Positions 42,700-52,197 are shown, counted from the stretch's first letter. The stretch is DNA of 64,000 nt from Candidatus Micrarchaeota archaeon (GCA_021803945.1 JAJZKW010000001.1:77127-141126); one strand, 5' to 3'. Made by a program: numbers and translations. Notes: generated from the sequence alone by a model not told the origin.

Positions 42700-45366
42700 T
42701 CAGGTTATTTTCCCTTCTGCAAACCTTGCAGATCCGCCTCCTGAAAATTTCCTTTTACTTGCCTTTGACTTTATCAGCGCAAGCGCATTCGAATTTGATC
42801 TCTCACCTGAGATGCAGATGACTTCGCCGGATTGGTTATTCAATAGTATTGTGGCTGCATTGTTTAGGCTGACGACCTTTGTGGCTATCATCCTAAGCAT
42901 GTCCCTAGGCAAATCAAGCTCTTTTTCTATATGGCCAGAACCGGAAAGGGTAGCAGCGATCTGCTGCGCGGCCAGTTCCTTGTATGCCTGCACCTGTTTT
43001 CTCATCGACTTGTTCTCGCCGTCGATTACGGATATTCTATCCGCAACGGAGAACCTGTCGGAATTCAGCTTAAGGGAAGATTCCGAAAGCTCATTTTCCA
43101 TGCGCCTGAAGTAGTCGACAGCGGCATTTCCAGCAACGAGTTCTATCCTGTCAACCCCGTCGCTTATCCTCTCGGTGTTTATTATCTTGACTATCCCGAT
43201 TGCCTGTTCCATTCCTGCAACATGGAGGCCGCCGCACGCCTCGGCATCTATCAGATTGCCATTCTTATCCTCTATCACTACCATCCTTATCATATGTGCA
43301 GGCACACCGTGTCCCTGGTATATGGCGAATCCGTACCTCTCCTCTGCCTCTTTTCTTGAGAGCTGCTTTACCGTGACGGTTATCCCCCTGAAGAGCCTGC
43401 TGTTTATGAACTCCTCAAGTCTTTCTATATCGCCGTCGCCGAGGCTGTCATAATGCGCTATGTCTATATGGGCCTTTCCGAAGGATTTTCTTGTGCCTTC
43501 CTGCCATGCATGTTTTCCTATGACAGATCTTGCAGCTGCGCTCATGAGATGCACTGACGTATGATGTACCATCAGCCTGAGCCTCCTTTCCTTATCCACC
43601 ATGCATTTCACTTTCATTCCCTCCCTGATCCTGTCTTTACCTGAAGAGTCACTTTCCATTATGTGGACAATGACATCGCCTATTTTCTGCACATCTATGA
43701 CATTGAATCCGTTTATTGTGCCATGGTCTGCTTCCTGCCCTCCTCCCTCAGGGTAGAACGGGGATCTGTCAATCACCACTAAATTGTTCTCAGACCTTAA
43801 AACCCTGGACTCAGACTCCTCTGCCAGTTTATAGTAAAGCTGCTCGGTCTTTGGGAGGCCGGTTATGTCTATACCGAGCCCTTTAGGCCCCTCTTTTGAT
43901 ACAAAATCCCCTTTTATTATGTCCTCATATGACCTGTCAGGCAGCCCTATCTTCACGTTTCTCTTTGATGCAGCAGCTTCTATCAGCTCGGGTGTCACGC
44001 CGTTGCTCTCATATAGGATCTTCAGCTCCTCCGCAGATATGCTCCTGCCCTTTGATATTATCCCGCCTATGATCTTGTTTGCATTTTCCCTTGTCTTTAA
44101 GAAGCGGTTTGCCTCAATCCCGACAACTTTTGCAAAGAGCCCGAGGTTTTCCGATAGCTCCGGAAAGAGCGGCTTGAGCTCCTTTGCCTCGAGTTCGGCA
44201 ATGTCATTAAGGCCAAATTCGAAGCCATATTCATCTATGAAGCTCAGGGCCCGTCTCAGTATTATTCTGAGATTGTACCCGCCGCCGACATTTGATGGGA
44301 GGGCTCCGTCTGTTATTGCGAAAAGCAGCGTCCTTGTATGGTCGAGGATCGCGTATAATGCCTGCATTGGCTTTATCTTCTTCTGGTAATCATCGTATGA
44401 TATCCCGGCCTTCCTGACCGCTTCTAGTTCCTTCGCCTTCCCTCCCTTCTCTGTTATGTCGAGTTCGCTCGACATGGCGCTGAATTTCTTGAATAGCCTG
44501 CCGTCCGGCTCAAAATTCAGCTTGCCTTCCAGTTTCTTCAGTATGTCATGGAAGACGGTTTCATAGGCAGTGTCCGAGCCTGAATAAAACCACATAAGCC
44601 TTTCGAATCCCCATCCGACATCGACAACCTTTGCATCGAGTTCCATCGCCTTGCCATCCACGCTCTCAAACTGGGTGAATACGCTGTTGACAAGCTCAAG
44701 CCCGTTCGAGAAGCTCTCAAGGCACGGACCGAATTCAGAAAAATCACCCATGGCCCAGACGTCTTCCGAATAGACCAGATCATCCTTCCTGACTCCCAAC
44801 ACGCCAGTCAGGTATTTAAAATTCAGTTCTATCGTCCTGTCCCTGAAGTATCCCTCTTTCGGGTAGTTGAATGAATGCTGCCCAGCCATCATGAAACTGG
44901 TGAAATGCCTTCCTGTCACCCCTACATTCTCTATGTCGCTGAATCTTAGGCATGTCTGCGGGACTATGAGCGGATTTGACGGGTATTCGAATGACATGGC
45001 CCCGTTTTCTATCCTCTGGAAATCCTGTATGCTGGCTATCGTGAAGTACAGGTCTTGCCTCCACCTGCTCACTACAGGATACCTCTTTATTTCATCGTGC
45101 CCGTTCTTCTTGAAGAATTTCGCGAAGTCGCGCCAGAAATCAACATATGACACGCGCTTGGGCTTCTCTTTGAAGAAGCTGTACTCAGTATGCTCTGGGT
45201 CATCGCACGCGTCCCTGTCCTTCATGCTCCAGAAATTCTTGCCGCATATCCTGCAGAGATGCCTGCTGAACCCTTCTTCATCAAAAAGCGCTACTTTGTA
45301 ATATTCTGATGGGTTCTTTGAGAATTTCTTTCTCAATGAGTCCTTGCTGAGTTCTCCAGGCTTCAT
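42700..45366 (-). CDS. alaS: Alanyl-tRNA synthetase
   Basis: Archaeal AlaRS layout: Zn-type N-terminus CRICGKNFWS, FEYPSNPLIVPQTCLRF, and an editing domain with HHTSVHLM...CGGLHV. Start placed at Met35 of the track ORF (45366), giving an ATGA overlap with the upstream gene (verified). Confidence 0.85.
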   Translation of the reverse strand: MKPGELSKDSLRKKFSKNPSEYYKVALFDEEGFSRHLCRICGKNFWSMKDRDACDDPEHTEYSFFKEKPKRVSYVDFWRDFAKFFKKNGHDEIKRYPVVSRWRQDLYFTIASIQDFQRIENGAMSFEYPSNPLIVPQTCLRFSDIENVGVTGRHFTSFMMAGQHSFNYPKEGYFRDRTIELNFKYLTGVLGVRKDDLVYSEDVWAMGDFSEFGPCLESFSNGLELVNSVFTQFESVDGKAMELDAKVVDVGWGFERLMWFYSGSDTAYETVFHDILKKLEGKLNFEPDGRLFKKFSAMSSELDITEKGGKAKELEAVRKAGISYDDYQKKIKPMQALYAILDHTRTLLFAITDGALPSNVGGGYNLRIILRRALSFIDEYGFEFGLNDIAELEAKELKPLFPELSENLGLFAKVVGIEANRFLKTRENANKIIGGIISKGRSISAEELKILYESNGVTPELIEAAASKRNVKIGLPDRSYEDIIKGDFVSKEGPKGLGIDITGLPKTEQLYYKLAEESESRVLRSENNLVVIDRSPFYPEGGGQEADHGTINGFNVIDVQKIGDVIVHIMESDSSGKDRIREGMKVKCMVDKERRLRLMVHHTSVHLMSAAARSVIGKHAWQEGTRKSFGKAHIDIAHYDSLGDGDIERLEEFINSRLFRGITVTVKQLSRKEAEERYGFAIYQGHGVPAHMIRMVVIEDKNGNLIDAEACGGLHVAGMEQAIGIVKIINTERISDGVDRIELVAGNAAVDYFRRMENELSESSLKLNSDRFSVADRISVIDGENKSMRKQVQAYKELAAQQIAATLSGSGHIEKELDLPRDMLRMIATKVVSLNNAATILLNNQSGEVICISGERSNSNALALIKSKASKRKFSGGGSARFAEGKIT

Positions 45367-46271
45367 TTCTGCCACCATACCTTGCATTCCTTGCCGAAGA
45401 ACCTGCATGGTTTGCATTTCCATTTTTCCTCTTCTACGACCGGAGCGGCTTCCCTCTGGCCCGTCCAATACTCCATTGCATGCTTTATATCATGGTTCAG
45501 CGCGTTTTCATCGTATTTGAAGGCCATGTCTGCCACTTGACTATCAGTATTTCTACTCACGTAATGTATTATAAGCGAGTCGCTCAGCTCAGGCATCAGC
45601 ATTGTCCTCTCGAACATCTTTGCATATATGGATCGGATTGAGAGCATGTCTTCTTTGACCCCGATGCTCTTCAGGCCGTCTATGAATTGTGTTGAAAGCT
45701 GCATTTCACTGAGATTATAGTAGACGTCAAGGTTTTGGTACCCGTATGCGCCTTTCCTTAATTCGTCCAGCATCCTCCTGTACAGCATGGTCTGCACGAT
45801 GTGCGGCCTTGTAAATGCAGGGTTAAGCCTTGTCGGGTCCGAAGTCGTCTTGTTCTCTACTATGACTACCTTGCCATCAACCATTCGAAGCTCGTCTATC
45901 TGCCCGACAATGTTGTATCCGCTGAAGGAGCCGTAGACCTTCAGCTCCCTTGAAACTCCCTTCTCCATTAGGGTGCTTAGAGTCAATATATTTTCATATG
46001 CGGTCTTGTACATCCTGTCGGCATATGATACGGGTTCTACTATTAGCGCCTTGTATACCTGGTCCTGCATCACCTGGTGTATCGCCATGCCCTTATTCAT
46101 GGCCGGAGTGAACTTAGTGCCGTATATGCAATTCAGCTCCATCTGCTTCTCGCACCAGTACTGACTCGCTATATCCTTGGCGGATATGCTCTTCTTGTGG
46201 AGCCTTTCGAGTACAGTTTGCTTGGGTGCTTGGTTGGTTGACATAAAATCAGACTGCCTACCGATCGTCAT
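45363..46271 (-). CDS. Cas4-like PD-(D/E)XK exonuclease (DUF83-type, Fe-S cysteines)
   Basis: N-terminal SQYWCEKQ and C-terminal CKPCRFFGKEC form a 1+3 Cys pattern, with a central D...VENK (ExK-like) core. Start trimmed to MTIGRQ (46271), because the N-terminal 88 aa of the track ORF overlap the divergent HAD gene. Confidence 0.55.
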   Translation of the reverse strand: MTIGRQSDFMSTNQAPKQTVLERLHKKSISAKDIASQYWCEKQMELNCIYGTKFTPAMNKGMAIHQVMQDQVYKALIVEPVSYADRMYKTAYENILTLSTLMEKGVSRELKVYGSFSGYNIVGQIDELRMVDGKVVIVENKTTSDPTRLNPAFTRPHIVQTMLYRRMLDELRKGAYGYQNLDVYYNLSEMQLSTQFIDGLKSIGVKEDMLSIRSIYAKMFERTMLMPELSDSLIIHYVSRNTDSQVADMAFKYDENALNHDIKHAMEYWTGQREAAPVVEEEKWKCKPCRFFGKECKVWWQK

Positions 46272-46338
46272 TGCACGTGCTCGGCGATCACCCTTATCAT
46301 CATACTGATTTTTATTTGTTGATAATATTAATAACCTT

Positions 46339-46959
46339 ATGCTAGTCGATAGGTACGACCTTTTCATCTTCGATTGGGACGGCACCCTGTCGACATCAAC
46401 TTCACTCTTGAAGGCGTTGAGGCTGCTTAATAGGAGGTATAGCGTGGCCAGGATAATGGGCAACAAGGAGCTATACAAAATAGACACTGTGCCGCAGTTC
46501 AGGAGGAAGGAGAGGATCAATAAACTGTATACCATGACCTACAGCCTCTATTCCATGTTCTACAAGCCGAGGTTGAAGCCTGGAGCCATAGACCTGCTCA
46601 AACACCTGAAGCGAAAGGGGAAGAAGATAGCGATATTCAGCGATGCAAACAGATACAGGCTCTTTATAGAGGCAAGGAAATTCGGCGTCCTGGAGCATGT
46701 GGACTTTGTCCTGAGCGCTGACAGCATAAAGAGGTACAAGCCGAATCCCACCGGGCTTATGATGATAGTTGACAGGTTCAGATACGGCAAGAGAAGGTGC
46801 ATATACGTTGGTGATATGGCCTCTGATGTCTTTACGGCAAGGTTCGCAGGGATCACGTGCTGCGCGGTGGGAGACGGAATCGACCCGGTTTATGTTCTCA
46901 AGAAGGTAAATCCAGATTATCTTGTCAAAGACATCAAATCGTTGAAAAGCGTGAAATAG
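46339..46959 (+). CDS. HAD-superfamily phosphatase (PGP/Gph-like)
   Basis: 206-aa ORF. Motif I FIFDWDGTL, motif III/IV ...K.YKPNP...YVGDMASD. Confidence 0.7.
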   Translation: MLVDRYDLFIFDWDGTLSTSTSLLKALRLLNRRYSVARIMGNKELYKIDTVPQFRRKERINKLYTMTYSLYSMFYKPRLKPGAIDLLKHLKRKGKKIAIFSDANRYRLFIEARKFGVLEHVDFVLSADSIKRYKPNPTGLMMIVDRFRYGKRRCIYVGDMASDVFTARFAGITCCAVGDGIDPVYVLKKVNPDYLVKDIKSLKSVK

Positions 46960-47083
46960 GTCCATTTGCCGTTGTTTATGACTGAAAACTGCCGTTTTTC
47001 AGCGATAGATTTATAAATGAGGCCGACATATATGTAGTCGAAGTAGTAAAGCGGAAATCGCTGATCCTACAGAGGAAAATAGA

Positions 47084-47413
47084 ATGCCAAGAGACATGGG
47101 AAGTGGCGACAGAGGAGAAAGGAGAGGAGGAGGGGACAGAGGCGGAAGAGGCCTTAACCCGAATTATTTCCTGCCTAAGCCAGTGAAAGTCGGAGACGAA
47201 GTGGAAGTGACCATAGATGCAACAGCATCTAAGGGAGACGGACTAGCAAAGAAAGACGGTTTTGTCATCTTTGTGAAGGACGCAAAACAGGGAGAAACTG
47301 TAAAGGTAAGGATAACCGATGTACGGGCTAGGTTCGCAGTAGGCGAACTTGTAGGCTCCGGTTCATCTGAACCTGCAGCAGAACCAAGCTCGGAGGAAGA
47401 CTCACCGCAGTAA
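47084..47413 (+). CDS. TRAM domain protein with RGG-rich N-terminus
   Basis: 109-aa ORF. PVKVGDEVEVTIDATASKGDGLAKKDGFVIFVKDAKQGETVKVRITDV is a TRAM/OB-like domain. The N-terminus reads GDRGERRGGGDRGGRG. Confidence 0.7.
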   Translation: MPRDMGSGDRGERRGGGDRGGRGLNPNYFLPKPVKVGDEVEVTIDATASKGDGLAKKDGFVIFVKDAKQGETVKVRITDVRARFAVGELVGSGSSEPAAEPSSEEDSPQ

Positions 47414-47444
47414 GGAACCTGATAGACAGCTAGTAAACCAGATT

Positions 47445-47492
47445 TATTTTTATTTTTTTATAATTATTCTTTTTCTTTTTTAGTTCTTTTTC
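47445..47492 (+). terminator. Multiple oligo-T tracts downstream of the TRAM gene
   Basis: tatttttatttttttataattattctttttcttttttagttcttttt. Archaeal termination typically uses such T runs. Confidence 0.4.
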
Positions 47493-47700
47493 AGCAACTT
47501 TCCGCACTGACGGAGTACGCGGGTTCTTTAATGTTGGCTCTATTTGTTTAGTACAAAATACAGGAATTGTGCATCTGGCAGTTGTACAAGAACTGCGGGG
47601 CCAAATGGAAAGAAGGTAAAAATGGCAATCAATACAAAGCTATTTCTTTTTTTACATAATCTATTTAGATTCGCGTATGCATCTCTAACCAGGTGGATTG

Positions 47701-48786
47701 ATGAAGTACAAGGTAGCGTGCACGAAATGCAGGCATATAGAGCCTGACAATGCATCGAAGTGCAGCAGGTGCAACTCGATCCTCGAAGTGCATTTTGATT
47801 ATTCTACGCTTAGCCTGGGAAAAAATTTCAGGAAACAGAAGATAGGCCAATCAAAATACATAGACTTCTTCCCGATAGATAAATTTGAAATAGATGGCGG
47901 TTCTTTTGGTACTCCGTTAAAAAGCATGAGATATAAATCAAAAGAGATAATGCTGAAAATCGAAACAAAAAATCCTACACGTTCATTTAAGGACAGGGGT
48001 TCTGCTGTCGAACTGAGCAAAGCCGTCGAGCTCGGATTCAGGGACGTGTGCTGTGCATCTACGGGGAATATGGGGATATCCGTCGCGCGGTACTCCAAAC
48101 TTGCAGGGATAAACGCGACAATATTCATAAGCAAGGACGCAAACAAAAAGAAGATAGAGATAATAAAAAGCCATGGTGCCAGGATAATAAAGGTGGATGG
48201 AGATTTCAACAAGGCCATTGAAACCGCAGAGAGATTCTCCAAGGATAACAAGTCCATGTTATGCGGGGATTATCATTACAGGAAGGAGGGGCAGAAGAGC
48301 ATCATATTCGAAGTGATTGAGCAGCTGAAGTACAAAACCCCTGATTTCATATTCATGCCTGTAGGCAGTGCGACTCTTCTTTCTGCGACATACAAAGGGC
48401 TTCGGGAATTCAGGATGCTTTCAATGATAAATAAATACCCAAAACTGGTCGCATCGCAATCAGACATGTGCAATCCTCTCATTAAGGCATACGAATCCAG
48501 TAGCAGGATAAAATATGTTAAGCCCATGACATCTGCAGATGCAATAGCTGTAGGGTATCCCATCTTCGGTTCGCAGGGACTCGATGCACTGAAAAAGACG
48601 CGTGGTATGGGGGTTTCTGTATCAGAAGACGAGATTAGGAACGCTGTAATCATGCTGAAGCGCATGGGAATCGGATCGGAGCCAGGGGGCGCAGCAGGAT
48701 TTGCTGGGTTTGCAAAGCTATATGAAAGGAACAGGGAGATTTTTGACAGAAAGAGCGTAGTTATAATAATAACCGGCAATAACTGA
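47701..48786 (+). CDS. thrC: Threonine synthase (archaeal short form with N-terminal Zn ribbon)
   Basis: CTKCRH...CSRCNS ribbon; PLP-lysine motif NPTRSFKDRG; GNMGIS. About 361 aa. Confidence 0.8.
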   Translation: MKYKVACTKCRHIEPDNASKCSRCNSILEVHFDYSTLSLGKNFRKQKIGQSKYIDFFPIDKFEIDGGSFGTPLKSMRYKSKEIMLKIETKNPTRSFKDRGSAVELSKAVELGFRDVCCASTGNMGISVARYSKLAGINATIFISKDANKKKIEIIKSHGARIIKVDGDFNKAIETAERFSKDNKSMLCGDYHYRKEGQKSIIFEVIEQLKYKTPDFIFMPVGSATLLSATYKGLREFRMLSMINKYPKLVASQSDMCNPLIKAYESSSRIKYVKPMTSADAIAVGYPIFGSQGLDALKKTRGMGVSVSEDEIRNAVIMLKRMGIGSEPGGAAGFAGFAKLYERNREIFDRKSVVIIITGNN

Positions 48787-48923
48787 ACACAGAATCGTCA
48801 GGTTTGTCAGATACTCCCTGTCATGATTATCAGTGCTGGCCTTATCTGCATGGGGTTCCAAGTATATGAAAGCGAGATGCACTCCTGCTTGCATTTATAA
48901 ACTTGAAGATTCATTCTAATATC

Positions 48924-49934
48924 ATGATAGTGTTCAGCACTTCTGTAGCCGGATCGAACCGCATCTCTATAGAAGGGAGAGCGGCACAGATGGCGAAAAG
49001 AAAGGGCAAGAGGCTCAAGATAATTAACCTTGTAGATGAGATGCTAAATGTTGCGGCGGAATTGAATGAGAACGTGACTCCCAATACGCTGCTGAGACTT
49101 GACAAAAAAGTGCTTGGGGTTATGAAGTCCAATGCACTTCATAGGATAAGTGACAAGATAAAAAAAGACCCTGAAGTAGATTACATAATAGACGGGCACA
49201 CTGCCTTCTGGTGGAAGAACGGGCCTGTCAACCTGCTTGATATAGGGGATTTCAAGGAGCTGAAGCCGGATTTCTTCATAACGATAATATCCACTGCCAA
49301 CCAGATGGAAAGCTCTCTCGGAAGGATGAAGGAATGGAAAGACGCAAAGCTTGACATGTATGAACTCATGCTCTGGTCAGAGCTGGAGATCTACACTGCC
49401 GATCTCATAAGCGATACTCTTGGAAAGAAAAATTACCTTATAGGTATAGACGAGGATCCGCTTACCCTATACAACTTGATATACAATCCAGACATGATAA
49501 AGGTGTACACAAGCTTCTCCATGGAACACAGGAAAAAGAGCTACAAGGCCCTGTCATCATTCATAAACAAGCTGAGGAAGATAGCGATAGTCTTTGACCC
49601 GAGGAGCGTAGACCTGAGCGCATACAAGAAGTATGGAAAGGATTCCAGGATCGTGCAGATAGCAGCAAACCAAACGGTGAGGAGAGATTACCACCTAATA
49701 GACCAGTCAAATATCGTCGTAATACACCTGTCAGGCCTAGTCTACTCCAGTGGGGTGGACAGCGAAAGAATGCATGCCCACAGCACCGGAAAGAAGGTCT
49801 TCCTATACTTCCCGTTCAACAAATATAGCCCGTTTACCCCTTATTTTGTTGATAAGATGTTCAATACTGAAAAGGAGGTGCTGGCCAAGGTAAAGGAGCT
49901 GGCAGCAGAGCTGAAGAGCAGGAAAGGCAAATGA
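48924..49934 (+). CDS. Fusion protein: archaeal adenylate kinase (AdkA)-like domain with degenerate P-loop + nucleoside 2-deoxyribosyltransferase-like domain
   Basis: The N-terminal half is colinear with AdkA: KIINLVDEMLNVAAEL vs KIINYGDFMLATALKL, YIIDGHTAF vs LFIDTHAVI, LKPDFFITIISTAN vs INPSVIFLLEADP. The P-loop GIPGVGKST is replaced by STSVAGSNRIS. The C-terminal half has DYHLIDQSNIVVIHLSG..SSGVDSERMHAHSTGKKVF, an NDT-like pattern. Confidence 0.45.
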   Translation: MIVFSTSVAGSNRISIEGRAAQMAKRKGKRLKIINLVDEMLNVAAELNENVTPNTLLRLDKKVLGVMKSNALHRISDKIKKDPEVDYIIDGHTAFWWKNGPVNLLDIGDFKELKPDFFITIISTANQMESSLGRMKEWKDAKLDMYELMLWSELEIYTADLISDTLGKKNYLIGIDEDPLTLYNLIYNPDMIKVYTSFSMEHRKKSYKALSSFINKLRKIAIVFDPRSVDLSAYKKYGKDSRIVQIAANQTVRRDYHLIDQSNIVVIHLSGLVYSSGVDSERMHAHSTGKKVFLYFPFNKYSPFTPYFVDKMFNTEKEVLAKVKELAAELKSRKGK

Positions 49935-49944
49935 GGTCGCAACC

Positions 49945-50565
49945 ATGAGCATTGATAATGTAGCTCTTTTTGACATGGATGGAACCTTGTGCGATTATGA
50001 CGGGCAGATATTGAAGGATCTGGAAAGGCTAAGAGGAGACGAAGAGCCGCATTTCGTAGGGCCGATAAGGAAAGGGCCAGATCACATCAAGGCCAGGGTA
50101 GATGCTATAACTGCGACTTCGGAGTGGTGGAAGAACCTGCCAAAGCTTGAGCTGGGATGGGAGATATTGAAGATAGCGCAGGAGCAGGGATACAGAATAA
50201 TGATACTCAGCCAGGCTCCGATTGACAATCCAGAGGCATGGTCAGGCAAAATCAAATGGCTGCAGAAGCACCTTCCCGATGTAGACATGACTTTGACAAG
50301 GGACAAGGGGCTGGTGTATGGGAAGCTCCTTGTGGATGACTATCCTGAATACATACTCCGCTGGCTTACGTGGAGGAGAAACGGACTTGTGATCATGCCT
50401 TCTAATGACTCAAATTCTGGTTTTGAGCATAAGCAGGTGATCAGATACGACGGATCGAATATTGAGGAGATAAAGCAGGCTATGACGCGACTGAAGGAAG
50501 CGTCTGGACTTGAGCAGATGGCCAGGGACATGCCAAAGAGCGCAAAACGCGTTTTCAATCGCTGA
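49945..50565 (+). CDS. 5'(3')-deoxyribonucleotidase-like HAD phosphatase (NT5C family)
   Basis: 206-aa ORF. LFDMDGTLCDY motif I, KIKWLQKHLP, LLVDDYPEY. Confidence 0.6.
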   Translation: MSIDNVALFDMDGTLCDYDGQILKDLERLRGDEEPHFVGPIRKGPDHIKARVDAITATSEWWKNLPKLELGWEILKIAQEQGYRIMILSQAPIDNPEAWSGKIKWLQKHLPDVDMTLTRDKGLVYGKLLVDDYPEYILRWLTWRRNGLVIMPSNDSNSGFEHKQVIRYDGSNIEEIKQAMTRLKEASGLEQMARDMPKSAKRVFNR

Positions 50566-50654
50566 TGCCTGCTGATGGGCTCTAATTAAAGCCTCATTTA
50601 AATGGGGGTTCGGGAGAGGTTCATTTTCTTGGCGCTTTCCTTATTTAAAGGGGT

Positions 50655-51329
50655 GTGCACATAGAAGTTATAGGTGAAGATACGATTAAATTGGTAATCT
50701 TTGATTATGATGACACATTAGTCAGGTCTCATGATTATTTGTATAGTTTAGATGCGCAAACAGCAAGAAATCTTGGCTTAACCCCTCCAAATAAAAATGA
50801 TTATTTTTCGCTTTGGGGCAGGCCTCATTCAGAAATGATTGCTAACCTTTATCCAAATGCAGATATTGAAAGGTACATGCAAGAGTATACTAACATATAC
50901 AACCCAATTAACCTGAGATTTTTTGATGATGCAAAAAAGGTATTACAGGCATTATCAGCAAAGGGATTTGGGCTTGCCATTGTTTCGGCTAAGCAGAAAG
51001 GGAGGATTATTGAACACCTTGATAAACATGGTTTATCAGGATATTTTCAATATGTGCATGGGGCCGAATCAAGTCCCTACAAGAAACCTGACCCAAGAGT
51101 TTTTGATGACATCCTGGATTTTTTTAACTTGAAACCATCCGAAGCCGTTTTCATCGGAGACCAGTTATCAGACTTTGAAGCTGCTAGGAAGGCAGGCATA
51201 AATTTTGTTGCGATTACCACAGGAATTAATACAAGTGAGGAATTTTCTAGGCTAGGCTGCAGGAAGATAGAAGAAAACCTTACAGGCTGTATTGGCGCAA
51301 TTAATTCCATTACACATAAAATTCGTTAA
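50655..51329 (+). CDS. HAD-IA phosphatase (PGP-like), AT-rich gene
   Basis: 224-aa ORF (GTG start). VIFDYDDTLV, VSAK, KPDP, FIGDQLSDFEAARKAG. Visibly more AT-rich than the upstream genes. Confidence 0.65.
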   Translation: MHIEVIGEDTIKLVIFDYDDTLVRSHDYLYSLDAQTARNLGLTPPNKNDYFSLWGRPHSEMIANLYPNADIERYMQEYTNIYNPINLRFFDDAKKVLQALSAKGFGLAIVSAKQKGRIIEHLDKHGLSGYFQYVHGAESSPYKKPDPRVFDDILDFFNLKPSEAVFIGDQLSDFEAARKAGINFVAITTGINTSEEFSRLGCRKIEENLTGCIGAINSITHKIR

Positions 51330-51399
51330 AAAAATTGGCTGGAGTTTACACACAAGTATGATTCCTTGTTTTCAGAAGGCAGCTTTTGTCTAAGAGAAA

Positions 51400-51417
51400 A
51401 AACGCTGGGTACGAGAA
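51400..51417. repeat. Direct repeat (distal copy) duplicating the 3' end of tRNA-Ser(GCU)
   Basis: aaacgctgggtacgagaa is identical (18/18, same orientation) to 52198-52215, which covers 15 nt of the tRNA 3' end plus 3 flanking nt. Confidence 0.85.
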
Positions 51418-51513
51418 CAGGAATTTTGTTCAGCCCTTAACCACTATACGAAGATTTGCGGATAAATATTTAAATGCAAAAGATTTAAATATATGTGATG
51501 TAAATATATCTAT

Positions 51514-51750
51514 ATGACGAAGACAATAACAGTAAGCGTTGAGGAAGAATCTGAGAAGAGGTTTAGGAAGGCGGCTTATGTTAAATACGGAAGGCGAAAG
51601 GGCGCTTTGGGCAAGGCATTGTCAGAAGCGATAAAGAACTGGGCTGAGCAGAATCAGGATATGGCAGATGAGCATTTACTCAAACTCATGAATAAAGGGT
51701 TTAAGATGGGGAAGATACTAGGCAACAGGAGTGAATGGCATGGAAGATAA
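51514..51750 (+). CDS. vapB: VapB-type antitoxin (RHH-like)
   Basis: 78-aa ORF. TITVSVEEESEKRFRKAA... Overlaps the PIN gene start. Confidence 0.6.
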   Translation: MTKTITVSVEEESEKRFRKAAYVKYGRRKGALGKALSEAIKNWAEQNQDMADEHLLKLMNKGFKMGKILGNRSEWHGR

Positions 51751-52171
51751 ATCATTCTATGATACCTCGGTCTTGGTCTATGCATTTGACGCTAGCGATC
51801 CTAAGAAACATGAGATTTGTGTTAATATGATGAATGAGTTAATAAACTCTGGAAAAGGAGCGTTTATATCAAATCAGATACTCGGAGAGCTTTTTAGCGT
51901 ACTTACTGAAAGCATCTCAATTCCGATTGATAAGAAGCTGGCTTCGGAGATAATAAACGATTTTGTTGCGGCAAAAAGCTGGGTAAAATATAATTATACC
52001 TATAATACTGTTAGAAATGCAGCCAAAGCCTCAGATGAATACAGAGTGCATTTTTGGGACGCGCTTATAGCCGAAACGATGAAAGAAAATGGGATTAATA
52101 CTATAGTTACGGAAAATGTTAAAGACTTTAAGAGAGTGCCTGGAATAAAGGTAGTGAATCCGTTCGAATGA
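51740..52171 (+). CDS. vapC: PIN-domain ribonuclease toxin VapC
   Basis: FYDTSVLVYAFD (first acidic residue), ...GELFSVL..., FWDALIAETMKENGINTIVTENVKDF. Start placed at MEDKSF (51740). Confidence 0.75.
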   Translation: MEDKSFYDTSVLVYAFDASDPKKHEICVNMMNELINSGKGAFISNQILGELFSVLTESISIPIDKKLASEIINDFVAAKSWVKYNYTYNTVRNAAKASDEYRVHFWDALIAETMKENGINTIVTENVKDFKRVPGIKVVNPFE

Positions 52172-52197
52172 TACATATCCTGTTTTTGAATGAGCAT

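Larger units (their letters stand above)
51418..52197. mobile_element. ~0.78 kb VapBC cassette inserted at tRNA-Ser(GCU), bracketed by the 18-bp direct repeat
   Basis: Flanking perfect repeats. My spot count of 51781-51840 gives 21/60 G+C. Contains only the TA pair. Confidence 0.6.

Noticed and set aside
45367-45468. N-terminal 34-aa extension of the alaS track ORF
   Set aside because: The Arg/Gly/Met-rich extension overlaps the upstream gene. The Met35 start gives a classic ATGA junction and a normal AlaRS N-terminus.
46272-46535. N-terminal 88-aa hydrophobic extension of the Cas4-like ORF
   Set aside because: It overlaps the divergently transcribed HAD gene (46339 onward) and would leave no promoter space. 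The nuclease motifs begin after Met89.
50566-50654. Possible third copy of the tRNA-Ser(GCU) att repeat that would extend the VapBC island over the AT-rich HAD gene
   Set aside because: Only a weak, gapped resemblance (tgctgatgggctc vs cgctgggtacgag), which is not distinguishable from chance by eye.
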